This document shows positions 38,801 to 47,605 of a stretch of DNA of 64,000 bases, one piece after another. The notes below the pieces were generated by a model. The model saw only the letters and a list, made by a program, of their open reading frames with translations, was not told the origin of the DNA and searched no databases. The stretch's first letter is position 1; every line of letters starts with the position of its first letter. Where the stretch lies: IMG/VR virus record IMGVR_UViG_3300032304_000900, positions 13,914 to 77,913 of that record. One strand, 5' to 3'. Source of the stretch: a virus. Made by a program: the position numbers and the translations under genes.

Positions 38801-38808
38801 ATAGTCAT
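32824..38808 (-). CDS. gp7: Baseplate wedge initiator (gp7-like), 1994 aa
   Basis: N-terminal PEFIRSDYAKFITFLQKYYQYLE, FYNSKGSIDSVKCFFRILYG; C-terminal LQDSYYYQDYSYVV...LVHPAGMAVFG; lies between gp6 and gp8. Confidence 0.85.
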   Translation of the reverse strand: MTIAKANPSTVVDYQAPEFIRSDYAKFITFLQKYYQYLEQSEKALGVIRNLETYNDIDEQNDDDIVTTFYTLFLPDFPQVLKADKKFILKNIVEFYNSKGSIDSVKCFFRILYGEEVEVYLPKVDVLKLNAGVWTKVFKIKIYNLSSGTIDKLVNSEIYQVDAVNGNVTVRARVVDYDPTDDVLYLTADNVILNFSSISIVYAVNSDGTSVTFNLRTQLAETTVSYSGLGYIPGDDAILATSVSNTEDIKVEGITAGFVQDIVLENAGDNYSIFDTVSFGTLNEGDRAATAKIARTINKDLVSEIGGVNWIDAEDKILFENDFELRQEMGNFGSEISTSNLKISDETSTNINTGSISSAEFGFLLEQQGDEIVTYTRSSYTYNQGLFRAIIPRIGATSNYSINWARNEGIAIELVDEELWIGTSQCTTGTPSCPGTVIIEFDTQTDYNALERIEATNRSTVNAPIVSTLMGKYTETKILDQKIGEISETKQIGVYKFGQETLSSLYPFSEADHSVERPIVYIRERNTLYGHDLNTTRPWEYKFIFKKNAKVNCKIFVMPVQYDIRATLILDEDGSDYISETNSNDIFILENWEQTINVTGFDPFAAVSSNQILLPNHPFKQGEIVRFNTTEGSSVMGGATDGELFYAYVVDSNNIKLIPYGRENLHYQLFRTITAAGSSGTNTLCSFVGNHVTNGVDYTSSSVEESAISIYARKRSCGSRDLDLKYNLDPNIPTDSDTNLKTTYPYTVDNKVYLFQSINESVDYIIMERADFNTSDQVNIEFEIDKRSENESEGYVAYPYLASETSSTRVIQHNNEIEIPDFSSVRVMIERKSLQSVDDINRGERRLFKSWDDYAEISPAQELFEVAQPTYNDEYSETPYLTVAYPTNTSDYVSGPSEFSNISSTVMVASSKNNSVYFTDGTGAGSFKFAAEFDEQRRISIIEQEYYDNTSLIPTAENGPLGITSSSFGAYKSNAKRYFTIGFSLPEELNVYFDIPFEVNLRNIIDSLSHTTSVSKRDTREYITMQDSIFSGESVYLAEDGEYLAYEINDFGFNSLAEGNLSILESTVMIEFYSPSLPSADPKKHVVFYANKAEYTKVSSDVQRTVYQFYNCWSPNSIVVPDTTIRDYTVSIRALHKSDTIVEKISDSGMLTINPTLSVVDNAYVSPFVRDLYIRKGENDYGKYVKLYSTQADAVADTNSLVPFSLGNDFGSNNDGNELFYNPIVSGTTVNSAINNPVNASFMGMITDDNISISRYFDPSSDVTTGTPGSISIANHGFADGSWVRFRSDFNGTKPTGLNDDTTYYVKVVNANTIRLATSKDNYNSSTFVNITAFGTSGKTCSLQTIPQSFTYNSVKENSFDTRKYIDNVQITGINTVSGILTTASEHTLRTLNTMTYNTTGNPIGGLLAGIVYYAIFVTENQLRIAANKNDALAGIYVQITSSGSGVHTIEIDGSNGNMLADSSNKEQFFYTPNYKNYFKNGDEVEFRQQRVLSPGIVSGQTMYVKDSISTGTQEHFTLTSNSNGSTINFGTVSTNAAGVNVSTDIITASNHGFYTGEELTYSTTGTSIQRSVGNIPSTVYVIRVNSTTFKLATSLENALSSIAIDITGAGTGTHYFYRTNITTASEIAEVIPLSTKPNAGMAANPSTTGTGYEEFTIMFSDSLQTETGVIDQIVLTSPGSYKRLPEMSINVGPRNGSGAVVYPIIKDIGRLRTLEILNGGLHSVSRTLLLPATFLGTNATGTFIDGETVKIGSTEIGTFVSKIGRYYKIKPNGGATIVAFGNTLIGVTSGATVVVGRTYSITSVTISSTPVFTTSTKHYISRGDKVKISGLAAQGVANGLYYASPITDTTFRLFTNSGLTTFVTTSGAAYVSGGTIEIGLYIAEATASPGSITTSTANGSTVNYEGDKQLINTTMKLQDSYYYQDYSYVVRGSNTFENWKPYFNRLVHPAGMAVFGEVDYFVVNNGNEKLGNTEVVGSSINNTSTAIITEMTT

Positions 38809-40575
38809 TTATCGTACCAATGGTTTTCTTGTGTCAGCGTTACCTTCGACAGTAATGTCAGAATCTAAAATAGTTAAAATTTGATTTCTTAGTGCATTAA
38901 TGTCTTGTAGTTTTGGTTTTGCGAAAATTTTGCAATTATCTGTTAATAAAGAAATAGCAACTGTTGGAATTCTTATAATTCCTTTCTCATAATCAATTGT
39001 TCCAAATGTTAATGAATCAAAAATTTTTTGATTATTATTGTAGTGAAATCTTCTAATATTTCCAACACCATCATCTTCCATGTAATATAATTCTGAATCA
39101 TTATACAATCTAAATGCTGTGCTCGATATAGAGTTTACTGGATTAACAAAACTAACAGTATAGTTTACTGGATTCTCAGTATTAATTTTTAATATTTTGT
39201 AAATTTCTACATCTGTATTGCTATTTAATATTGCCTTGTTAGTATAATCAACAGACCTACTAAATTTACTTTTTCTAAAAATTGTATCAAAATTATCAAG
39301 ATATGCATCTCTAAATTGTTTAATGGCTGAGATTACATTCGCTTGAATAGTAGATGGTTGTTGTGTTGTTTTCGATGGATCAAAATAAAATTTTGTGTTG
39401 ATTGTTAAATACAAAATTTCTGGATCAACAAACTCTGGTGTAATACCAACAACATTTTTCTTTTGTAAAACTCTTCCTAATTCTGTCTTCAACTCATTAG
39501 ACAATGTTGTACCATTGGTAGGTTTAGCACTAATAAAAACTTTTCCATAAATTGGTGGTTCGTTTTCATCGCCACCCCAAGCAGATATAGCATCGATATC
39601 AGAGTATTCCGCCAAAATAATATTTTTATAATCTTCCGCAGTAACAGCACGATTTTGTGTTGTAAAAAATCTAGAAGCATTGTAGCGAATAGATTCTACA
39701 GATTCTGATTCTTTACCACCAGCAGCTTTCTGTACTAATGTTATTGTAGCTGACGAAATTGTAAATCCAGCAGAACTACCTAATGTAAATGATGTCGCAC
39801 CATTTGATTTAATACCATTAGATATTAGATATGTTACATTTACGATATTTCCATTCGCTAATGCTTTTCCAATTGTGTCATCACCAAAAACTATTTGATA
39901 AACACCATCACGTGTTTCCTCAAGAAAATAAACAGTATCAGTAGAAGAAACAGCAACAATATCTTCAGCTAAAGTATACGTTGTTCTTGTAGCATCTGAC
40001 ACACTATTTTGTATCTCGACTGTTAATGTTGATGTGTCAATATTAGAGTTTGGTAAAATAAAAATTTTTTGATTATTAGCAACAGTATATCTGTATGATA
40101 ATGGTGTTCCTTCAACAATTTCTACATTAGAAAATGTAAAATTATTTGTTGATGTTGGAGAAACAATAATATTACTGCGATTATAAAATGTATAATCAAA
40201 TCCATCGATAGTTGTTACGAATGGTGTATTAATTGGTAACAAAAGAGATTGTGGTGCGCCAGCTGTTACTACAGAAAGATTGATTTTTGCTTTTGGTGAG
40301 CGGATAGATCTTGGTGTATAACCAAAATGTTTTGCTAAAGAAACTACTGATGATCTTTTTACAGCAGTATCTAAAAAAACTTCGTTAGCTACAAAATTAG
40401 CATATATCGCATTGTAATGTGTGTTATATGCCAATAAATCTAAAAGATTTGATAGCGCAGATCCTTCAAAATCATAATCTGTAAACTCAGTTTGTGATTG
40501 TAAATAATCTTTTAGATTACTTTTTATTGTATCGAAATCTAATTCTGTTACTCTTAGTTTTGTTGAGTCAGCCAT
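38809..40575 (-). CDS. gp6: Baseplate wedge subunit (gp6)
   Basis: ELDFDTIKSNLKDYL, FTDYDFEGSALSNLLDLLAYNTHYN, QNRAVTAEDY, WGGDENEPPIYGKVFIS. Confidence 0.95.
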   Translation of the reverse strand: MADSTKLRVTELDFDTIKSNLKDYLQSQTEFTDYDFEGSALSNLLDLLAYNTHYNAIYANFVANEVFLDTAVKRSSVVSLAKHFGYTPRSIRSPKAKINLSVVTAGAPQSLLLPINTPFVTTIDGFDYTFYNRSNIIVSPTSTNNFTFSNVEIVEGTPLSYRYTVANNQKIFILPNSNIDTSTLTVEIQNSVSDATRTTYTLAEDIVAVSSTDTVYFLEETRDGVYQIVFGDDTIGKALANGNIVNVTYLISNGIKSNGATSFTLGSSAGFTISSATITLVQKAAGGKESESVESIRYNASRFFTTQNRAVTAEDYKNIILAEYSDIDAISAWGGDENEPPIYGKVFISAKPTNGTTLSNELKTELGRVLQKKNVVGITPEFVDPEILYLTINTKFYFDPSKTTQQPSTIQANVISAIKQFRDAYLDNFDTIFRKSKFSRSVDYTNKAILNSNTDVEIYKILKINTENPVNYTVSFVNPVNSISSTAFRLYNDSELYYMEDDGVGNIRRFHYNNNQKIFDSLTFGTIDYEKGIIRIPTVAISLLTDNCKIFAKPKLQDINALRNQILTILDSDITVEGNADTRKPLVR

Positions 40576-40576
40576 T

Positions 40577-40978
40577 TTATCTTGTTCTCTCTAATGTTAA
40601 GTCGAGTTGTTCTAAAGTTTGCAAACCAACAACTGAATATGTTATAGAAATATTGCACTCATTTGTTTCATCTTTTACAAAGACTTGAACATCTTCAAGA
40701 CGAACTCTTGGTTCAAAGTTAGAAATTACATCAATAATTCCACGTCTAATTGCGTTGGTTGTTAATGGGGTTGCTAGTTCAAATAATAATGCTCTAACAG
40801 GAGAACCAATTTCGCTGTGAAATGGTCTCTCAAAATACTGTGTTTGAATTAAATTCTTAAGAGATTGTTTGACTGCATCTTGATTGCGTTTTATTGCCAA
40901 ATCTTTGGTGTTTGGATGTGATGCAAATGCGAGATCGAAATCTCTAAATATTTGAGTTGTTCTGTTAATTGTAGCCAT
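40577..40978 (-). CDS. gp25: Baseplate wedge protein gp25
   Basis: AVKQSLKNLI.T...ERPFHSEIGS..RALLFE, NFEPRVRL. Confidence 0.93.
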   Translation of the reverse strand: MATINRTTQIFRDFDLAFASHPNTKDLAIKRNQDAVKQSLKNLIQTQYFERPFHSEIGSPVRALLFELATPLTTNAIRRGIIDVISNFEPRVRLEDVQVFVKDETNECNISITYSVVGLQTLEQLDLTLERTR

Positions 40979-40984
40979 ATTTGT

Positions 40985-40992
40985 TATTTATT
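40985..40992 (-). promoter_or_regulatory. Possible late promoter AATAAATA for gp25 (very short leader)
   Basis: NATAAATA 6 nt upstream of the gp25 ATG; no SD visible. Confidence 0.45.
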
Positions 40993-40995
40993 CGT

Positions 40996-41325
40996 TTATC
41001 CACCACCACCACCTGAGTCACCACCAGAACTTGATGCTGATGCCTCTGCTGCTGCAGCAACAGCTTCTGCTTCTTCCTGAATAATTACTGCTTCAATTTT
41101 AACTTCCTGAACAATTTCAAAAAAGTCTTCAACAACTTTGGGAGGAATACCAGTTGCATTTACCAACTGAGAAACTCTTTGTTTAGCCAAATTTTCTAAG
41201 TTTGGAATCTTAGCCAACTCGGATGGTGCATTTTTATAGTCTGTAAATACTAAGTCAAACAATTCCCTTGCGGTATATGTTTTAACAAAGTCTTTCTTTT
41301 GATCATCAAGTTCTTTAATTGACAT
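40996..41325 (-). CDS. Hypothetical helical protein with Ala/Ser/Gly-rich tail
   Basis: 109-aa ORF filling the gap between PAAR and gp25 on the operon strand. Confidence 0.7.
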   Translation of the reverse strand: MSIKELDDQKKDFVKTYTARELFDLVFTDYKNAPSELAKIPNLENLAKQRVSQLVNATGIPPKVVEDFFEIVQEVKIEAVIIQEEAEAVAAAAEASASSSGGDSGGGGG

Positions 41326-41331
41326 TGCAGT

Positions 41332-41601
41332 TTATCCAACACTGACATTTGCTGATCCACCTGCTACTGGGTGGCCACAACTTGTTGCAGCACCCGCAAA
41401 AGAGAGACGAATATTTCCAACAAAAACATTAGGATGTCCTTGGGTTATTACTGGTGCGTTGTGTGGTGCTCGACCATGTGACGCAGCTCTTGTTCCAATG
41501 ACTCCTGGTATTCTATCATTTACAAACACATCTGCGCTAATGTTCCCAAGTAGAACACCTCCACCAACTGTTGAAACTCCTTGTAATGCTACGCTTGCCA
41601 T
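41332..41601 (-). CDS. PAAR-like spike tip protein (gp5.4)
   Basis: 89 aa; VFVN...HGRAPH...GHPNVFVG...SCGH...GSANVSVG, the His/Cys pattern of PAAR proteins; directly downstream of gp5. Confidence 0.85.
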   Translation of the reverse strand: MASVALQGVSTVGGGVLLGNISADVFVNDRIPGVIGTRAASHGRAPHNAPVITQGHPNVFVGNIRLSFAGAATSCGHPVAGGSANVSVG

Positions 41602-41604
41602 ATA

Positions 41605-44523
41605 TTATACGATTAGTTTATGACCACCATTTGGATATGTTCCAGCATAGGTCTTGTGATTGTTCATAGTAAAATCTTGTTTCCTTTGATTACCCTGTCC
41701 ATTGTATGATACATGAATCCACACTACATTTGGATCCTGATATTCTAAAATTAACTGATCGTGTGGAACTTTAGCAGCAATTTCTTGTATCAAATCATGA
41801 TGTTTTTTACGATCAGTTGCTGATTTTCTTAATACAATATCGCAAGCCATACCTCTTGGATGCTGTGATGATGCGCTTTCAACACGAAGTAAACCAAGTT
41901 GTCGATAACCAGAAGTGATAATTATGTCTGATTTCGGGACAATTTTAATAATTGCTTCCATAGTATTTTGTGCCAATGCTTTTAAATTACATATAATTTG
42001 CGCTTTAGTTAAACCTGCTTGGTCTTGTAATTTATGTGGTAAAGATGCGCCATTGATGTATCCTTTACCACCACCTGGAACGAAGTCGCCAAGATAGAAA
42101 TTGTCTGACAATTTAGTATTCAGTGGGAATTCTGTCATATCTTTAAATGCTTCACAAGATACAGCTTTACCCTCTGGTGGTATTCCTTGTGGTTTTGGTG
42201 AACCCTCAACTTCTTTTGGATTTTGATCTGTTGGTGGCATATCGCCTCTCTGTCTTTTTCCTTCTACGAATGCAGTTGGATCGCCATCTTCTGGAGCCTC
42301 GAATTGTGTTGCTGCAGAAGCACCTCTTGGTGGTAATGCTAAGTGCTCAAACTTAGAATTTACTGGAGTTTCTCTTGCTTCTGCTTCTTCTAAATCTGTA
42401 ACATCTACTTCAGTAGCATCAGTTGCTTCAGAAGCAGTAGTAATACTCTGTGGTGGTAATGCACCAAGTCCACCAGAGTTTAAACCAATTCTACCAGAAC
42501 CAACAATGTTCACATTTGTACCAGAACTAATATCAAAACGCTGATTAGCACGTGTCGCAACAGCAGAACCACGAATATTTAAAATAGAGAAACAAGCAAT
42601 GTTCATGTCGTCTTCTGAACGCATGTTTATATTTTTGTCTGCTGTTATGTTAAGAATACTTTTAACTTTAAAGTTTGTCGAAAGGTTACTAGTCAAAAAC
42701 AAGTTACCTTTGGCTTTGATATTTGTGTTTTGTGTAGTTGTTAAAAATAAATTTTGTTTAGATACGATATTCGTATCTTCTTTAGACAATAAATTTAATG
42801 TTGTAGTAGTATTTACATTAGCAGATTCAACAGTTTCTAAATTGAAATTTTTACATCTGATGTTTAAATCTTCTAAAACGGACAAATCCATTTTTCCAGA
42901 AACACGCATATCTACGTTGTTCTTAGCATAGATTTTAGCATCTCCTGTTACTTCAATGTTAGCATCACTTCTAAAGAAAACATTAGTAGATCCATCAACT
43001 GTTAAGTTATATGCACCTTTAATATACAAATATCCATTTCTATCAACAACATAATAACCATCTCCAACAATACGATTTACTTGTGTGCCATTGGCATCTA
43101 CTTCAGTAAAAGTGCCTTTAGTGTGATAAGTGTGAATTCGCTCATTATTTGGTGTGTCGTCCCATTCTTGCACGTGTCCAGATTCTGATTGATACACATG
43201 ATTGTATGGATAAATTGCATTATATGGTGACTCTGGTTGATTCCAAGTTGCCTTAGTAATAGCTACTGGAACTTTCGTTGTTCTTGTTGAATCTTTTAAT
43301 CCAACAATTGTTTTAGATACTTGTTCATGTCTAGCCAAACGATTTGTGTCTGGCTCATTTAGTAATTCTTTTATTGGATATTTACTGAATGGATCTTTAA
43401 AACCAAACTGTGGAACTCCTGGTCCACCATTAGAAACTGTACCATCAGGATTCTTTTCACCAATCGGCACAGTATTTGCATCAACACCAGCTGGCACATT
43501 TTGAGGTAATGTTTTTGGCGGATCTCCTTCTAATGAAGCATATCCATTTTTGTATAATTCAGTTGTTGTATTACCATATCCATCTTGAACATCTTGTCCT
43601 GATTTCAATGCTCTAGAACGAGATACTCCATCTGGATGCGATGCATGTAAATAACCAAGAATTATTTTTTTATCAGTTTTATCATCAATTAATGCGTAAC
43701 GCTTTAATTCATTGTAATTAAAACGTGTCCATTCTTCCATAATTTTTTCTTGTATTTCTGCATTACCAAGAAATTCTGTAACAGATTTTAATCCACTTTT
43801 ACCTTGCCAAATTGTATTATCAGCAAGTTTTTGATTAGATGGTGGTTCCGTTTCTCCGTTTGCGTTTAATGTTCTTCCAACATAACCAAGAGAGTTTAAT
43901 GCTGGTCCAGTCATTTGATATTTACCAATACGTCCTTGTGCATTTACAGCACCATAATTTTGTGCACCAAGAACACCTTTAGTTCCAAACTCTAAAGAAC
44001 CTCCAGGTTCAGAAGTTGTTTCTAATCTAGCAACAGCAATTTTATATTTTTCTATATCACCATCAGTTAAAACACCAATTGTTTGTTCAGCTACTTGTTG
44101 TTGATCTTCTTGTGTTGGCGTTGTGCTGTTTGATCCACCTTCGGTTTGTTGTTGTGGAGTACTAGAACCTGTTTCTACTTGTCCATCTGTTTTAATTAAA
44201 TAATCATCACCATCATTTAAATAGTTTGTGCTAATTTCTGTATTTTGTGGAATGCCACCAATAGTTCCCATCATTATTGGTTGTTGTTTTTCCTCATCAC
44301 GGAAAAACACAATAACCCATGTTCCCTCAACAGGACCAAGAGGTGTATAACCAATACCATTCATCGCAGCAGAAGTTACAGGTTGCATTGGGTATGCCCA
44401 AGGCAATAACTCTGTTGGTAAATCTTTTTTATTTTCTGTGTGTAATCCTACTACTCGAACTTGACAGCGTCCTAATCGAGCAGGATCAATTCTATTTTCA
44501 ACAACACCTGTATAAAGTATCAT
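41605..44523 (-). CDS. gp5: Baseplate hub/spike gp5 with lysozyme-like and C-terminal M15 peptidase domains
   Basis: OB-fold GVVENRIDPARLGRCQVRVVGLH, GPVEGTWVIVFFRD; YPYNHVYQSESGHVQEWDDTP; beta-helix repeats; C-terminal SGYR...SQH..GMACD...WIHVSY. Confidence 0.92.
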   Translation of the reverse strand: MILYTGVVENRIDPARLGRCQVRVVGLHTENKKDLPTELLPWAYPMQPVTSAAMNGIGYTPLGPVEGTWVIVFFRDEEKQQPIMMGTIGGIPQNTEISTNYLNDGDDYLIKTDGQVETGSSTPQQQTEGGSNSTTPTQEDQQQVAEQTIGVLTDGDIEKYKIAVARLETTSEPGGSLEFGTKGVLGAQNYGAVNAQGRIGKYQMTGPALNSLGYVGRTLNANGETEPPSNQKLADNTIWQGKSGLKSVTEFLGNAEIQEKIMEEWTRFNYNELKRYALIDDKTDKKIILGYLHASHPDGVSRSRALKSGQDVQDGYGNTTTELYKNGYASLEGDPPKTLPQNVPAGVDANTVPIGEKNPDGTVSNGGPGVPQFGFKDPFSKYPIKELLNEPDTNRLARHEQVSKTIVGLKDSTRTTKVPVAITKATWNQPESPYNAIYPYNHVYQSESGHVQEWDDTPNNERIHTYHTKGTFTEVDANGTQVNRIVGDGYYVVDRNGYLYIKGAYNLTVDGSTNVFFRSDANIEVTGDAKIYAKNNVDMRVSGKMDLSVLEDLNIRCKNFNLETVESANVNTTTTLNLLSKEDTNIVSKQNLFLTTTQNTNIKAKGNLFLTSNLSTNFKVKSILNITADKNINMRSEDDMNIACFSILNIRGSAVATRANQRFDISSGTNVNIVGSGRIGLNSGGLGALPPQSITTASEATDATEVDVTDLEEAEARETPVNSKFEHLALPPRGASAATQFEAPEDGDPTAFVEGKRQRGDMPPTDQNPKEVEGSPKPQGIPPEGKAVSCEAFKDMTEFPLNTKLSDNFYLGDFVPGGGKGYINGASLPHKLQDQAGLTKAQIICNLKALAQNTMEAIIKIVPKSDIIITSGYRQLGLLRVESASSQHPRGMACDIVLRKSATDRKKHHDLIQEIAAKVPHDQLILEYQDPNVVWIHVSYNGQGNQRKQDFTMNNHKTYAGTYPNGGHKLIV

Positions 44524-45815
44524 TCCGAACCTTCTTTTGTTAAATCAACAATTAATGAGTCTTTAATTATGGACATGTGTATTTCATGTTTTTCTCTATT
44601 TAAATTATGACATAAAGAAGCAATCATATACCTACCAGAAAATGTTTTATCAAGTAATTGTTCTTCCTGATCTTTTTGATTGAAAGGTGTTGGACGATAC
44701 ATATAAACATCAACAACATCGCCGACACACAAGTCGCTTCTTCCTGGAACAGTAATATCCATGTAATAAGCATTTATTTCGTTCATATGCATAATATTTT
44801 TTAAATACCATGTTTTCATTTTATCAGTTTTGAAATTACTAAAATTTTCTAATGCTCTTGGTTTAACATCTAAAAATGCAAAAGTTTTTGATGGTAAATT
44901 TACAGTTGACAATGGATATTTGTTTAAATGGTTGTGATTTTTAAATTCATCTTCGTATGTTAATGTTTGTACATTATATGTTTTTGTTACAATCTCATGT
45001 GTAATTAATCTAGATTTATACATACCAGATTGAATTCTATTCATATAATCAAATGCTGTGTTAATTTTAACTGAATTGATTCTTGATAATGTTTCTGCTA
45101 TATCTCTAGAAGAACCACCACCATCTGCAGATGGATCTCTTGAATTGTTATCATAAATATATTTTGTTTTTGGATCTTGTGATAGCAAAGTGTCTATACT
45201 TGCATAATTAAATCCTCTATTATTTTCAAAAAATATAAAATTCGCAGATTCAGTTTCTTGAGATAAAGATCTTTTTGCTAAAAAATTTATATTTGTAAAT
45301 GGCGTCCAAAAATTAGATACATACATTGTTGTATTTTTAGTCTTTTCAATGTTAATTTTTTTATCAGTTCTTAACTCTTGTTTTAAAATTTGTTCAACTA
45401 CTGTACTAATAGTCCCAGCAAATCCTTTACTTACTTTAGCATTTAAATCTCTCACTGTTTCGAAAGAAACAAAATGTAAAGTATATTCAACTGCTCTTTC
45501 AGCTGTATATTTTCTATCTGTCATTTTATAAATGTAAAACTCTTGTTCGTATAACCCATCTTTTTCATCAATAGAAGGTGTTTTAAATGTAATCAAAAGT
45601 TTTTCTTCACCAATCATTGGCATTAAATTAACGAGATCTTGCGCATCATTTAATGTGATGTTACCAGACATTGTTGGTGAATACATGTCTTCGTAAATAT
45701 TAATGTCGATTACAAAATTGAATACATCAAAAATTGTGCCTTTAACAGATCCAATTTTTACATCAATTAATTGAAAATCGCCAGCCGATTTAATTTTTTC
45801 AACTTCAGAACTCAT
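44520..45815 (-). CDS. Baseplate hub protein (gp27-like)
   Basis: Position between gp53 and gp5; INIYEDMYSPTMSGNI, FIFFENNRGFNY, VPGRSDLCVGDVV, FSGRYMIASLCH patterns of phage hub proteins. Confidence 0.6.
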   Translation of the reverse strand: MSSEVEKIKSAGDFQLIDVKIGSVKGTIFDVFNFVIDINIYEDMYSPTMSGNITLNDAQDLVNLMPMIGEEKLLITFKTPSIDEKDGLYEQEFYIYKMTDRKYTAERAVEYTLHFVSFETVRDLNAKVSKGFAGTISTVVEQILKQELRTDKKINIEKTKNTTMYVSNFWTPFTNINFLAKRSLSQETESANFIFFENNRGFNYASIDTLLSQDPKTKYIYDNNSRDPSADGGGSSRDIAETLSRINSVKINTAFDYMNRIQSGMYKSRLITHEIVTKTYNVQTLTYEDEFKNHNHLNKYPLSTVNLPSKTFAFLDVKPRALENFSNFKTDKMKTWYLKNIMHMNEINAYYMDITVPGRSDLCVGDVVDVYMYRPTPFNQKDQEEQLLDKTFSGRYMIASLCHNLNREKHEIHMSIIKDSLIVDLTKEGSE

Positions 45816-46333
45816 TATTTTAGAATCTCTCTAAACTGTCGTATAACTTCGCCAAGTATATCTGCAGGAATAATTTTAATTCTTCTTTTAGATTCGTTTT
45901 TATCAACCTCATATTCAAAGTTAGTTACTGGTGTCGCATCAGCAACACCAAGTTCATTAACATAATCTGACATTACAATATATCCTGCAGTTGAAATATA
46001 ATGTCTTATATTATTTGCTGCTGCTCCATATTTTTCATCAATGAAAACTTCTAATTGTTTTTGAGGAAGAGGAAAATCATTTATGTAATCATATCTTTCA
46101 TTTGTTAACATAATAATCCAATGATAATATGGAGTTCCATAAAATTTTTCAGAAATTATTTCTGGATTTTCTCCATCCCTAATATCATATTCTTCATAAA
46201 ATGTAAGATTAGCAAATAGATTTGTTTTAACTCTAACATTAGTAATTATGTCAGAAATTAAATACTCCTTTGGTTCCTCTCCAAATTCAGAAAAATCTAC
46301 AACTGCTACAGGAAAATTTTTAAAGTATGACAT
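45815..46333 (-). CDS. gp53: Baseplate wedge protein gp53
   Basis: MSYFKNFP, YDIRDGENPEIISEKFYGTPYYHWIIMLTN, NESKRRIKI. Confidence 0.9.
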   Translation of the reverse strand: MSYFKNFPVAVVDFSEFGEEPKEYLISDIITNVRVKTNLFANLTFYEEYDIRDGENPEIISEKFYGTPYYHWIIMLTNERYDYINDFPLPQKQLEVFIDEKYGAAANNIRHYISTAGYIVMSDYVNELGVADATPVTNFEYEVDKNESKRRIKIIPADILGEVIRQFREILK

Positions 46334-46334
46334 A

Positions 46335-47561
46335 TTAGAATGACGCTAAGTTGGCATCTGCAAAATTTTGACTGCTGAAATTTGCTTTTCCATCTGGACC
46401 TTGACCTAAGAATCTTTCTTTGGTTAATGTTTCCAGTTCTAAAAATTGCATTTGCACATTTATTTGTGTTGGAAATCCATCTGGATGTGTCGCTAGTTGT
46501 CCATTTGGTGCGTAATTAACTTGTAAATCTGTAAGGACACAAGTTGAAATTCTATTCAAATGAGGATGTTCTCTATCTCCAAAATAATACACAATATCAA
46601 ACTCAGAAGGAAACAAATAAAGCATTTTGTTTACATTGTTTTGAAACTCTGGATGCATGTAAAATTTAAATGTGTTAATAATTCTTTTTACATTCGCTGC
46701 CTCTTCTGGTGATCTTGGAGCAAATTGATAATTAAATGAAAATCTACGAAATTCCATAGATTTAAATAGTTGTTCTTTTCTTGGATTCGGTGCTGCTTTA
46801 TATAAAGCTGAAAGCATGCTTCTAGCAGGATTCATTTCAAATCCCTTTACAACAGCACCACCTGTTCCAGTTGCCATTGCGCCAGCATTAGGATTCGTTC
46901 CTGCTTCTGCTGCTGCTCCAAAAATAGCACCAAGTTCTTCCTCACCATATGTAGCTCTATAACCTACATTTACTTCATTAGGGACATGTAAAGCAATAGC
47001 ATTTCTTAGACGTTTAATTTTTTGTGTTGCTTTAAGACCACTCATTCCTGGAGCATTTTCTAGAATTTTACCGTAAGCAACAGCTGCTCCAGTAGTAGCA
47101 CCACCTGTAACTGCGCCAGCTCCAGCAGAACCAACAGTTCCTTTTAAAAACCTTGCTGTTCCACCACTTGTGCCAATTTGACTTGCTCCCTGCCCAGCAC
47201 CAGCGAATGCTCCAGTAACACCACCAACTACAGCACCACCAGTTGCAGCAGCACCAGTAGCCTGTCCCATGCTTACTTGTTTTCCTTGAACAGTATTTTG
47301 TTCTGTTTTATCTACATCACCAACTACACCAATTTTTCCTTCTGAGAAAACACGAGATTGTTCAGAAACATTAATATAAAAAACAACATAATTTAAGTAT
47401 GATTGATTAAAAAAGTTCTGACCTACTTTTCCAATTTCACCACCTTGACTACTAAAGAGATCTATTGGGTAGTGTAAATTTTCCACATTGTATTTACTTC
47501 GATCTAATGCGGTCTCTCTTGTTATTTTTGGCGTTTGTGGAGGTGTTGTTCTTTCTGCCAT
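46335..47561 (-). CDS. gp48: Baseplate tail-tube cap (gp48-like)
   Basis: LHYPIDL, IALHVP, NPRKEQLFKSMEFRRFSFNYQFAPRSPEEA, CVLTDLQVNYAP, QFLELETLTK. Confidence 0.85.
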   Translation of the reverse strand: MAERTTPPQTPKITRETALDRSKYNVENLHYPIDLFSSQGGEIGKVGQNFFNQSYLNYVVFYINVSEQSRVFSEGKIGVVGDVDKTEQNTVQGKQVSMGQATGAAATGGAVVGGVTGAFAGAGQGASQIGTSGGTARFLKGTVGSAGAGAVTGGATTGAAVAYGKILENAPGMSGLKATQKIKRLRNAIALHVPNEVNVGYRATYGEEELGAIFGAAAEAGTNPNAGAMATGTGGAVVKGFEMNPARSMLSALYKAAPNPRKEQLFKSMEFRRFSFNYQFAPRSPEEAANVKRIINTFKFYMHPEFQNNVNKMLYLFPSEFDIVYYFGDREHPHLNRISTCVLTDLQVNYAPNGQLATHPDGFPTQINVQMQFLELETLTKERFLGQGPDGKANFSSQNFADANLASF

Positions 47562-47567
47562 GATAGT

Positions 47568-47604
47568 CCTAAATATAGGTGGTTGTTATTTAATATTATT
47601 TATT
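47568..47604. promoter_or_regulatory. Overlapping late promoters driving divergent genes at the strand switch
   Basis: CCTAAATA (47568-75, plus, toward gp4); ATTAAATA (47587-94) and AATAAATA (47597-604) on minus, toward gp48. Confidence 0.6.
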
Positions 47605-47605
47605 C

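Noticed and set aside
708-47000. Numerous 60-120-aa plus-strand and alternate-frame ORFs inside the structural genes (for example 3542, 8657, 25431, 26637, 42599)
   Set aside because: They are shadow ORFs fully overlapping well-supported minus-strand genes, with no SD, promoter or recognisable motifs.
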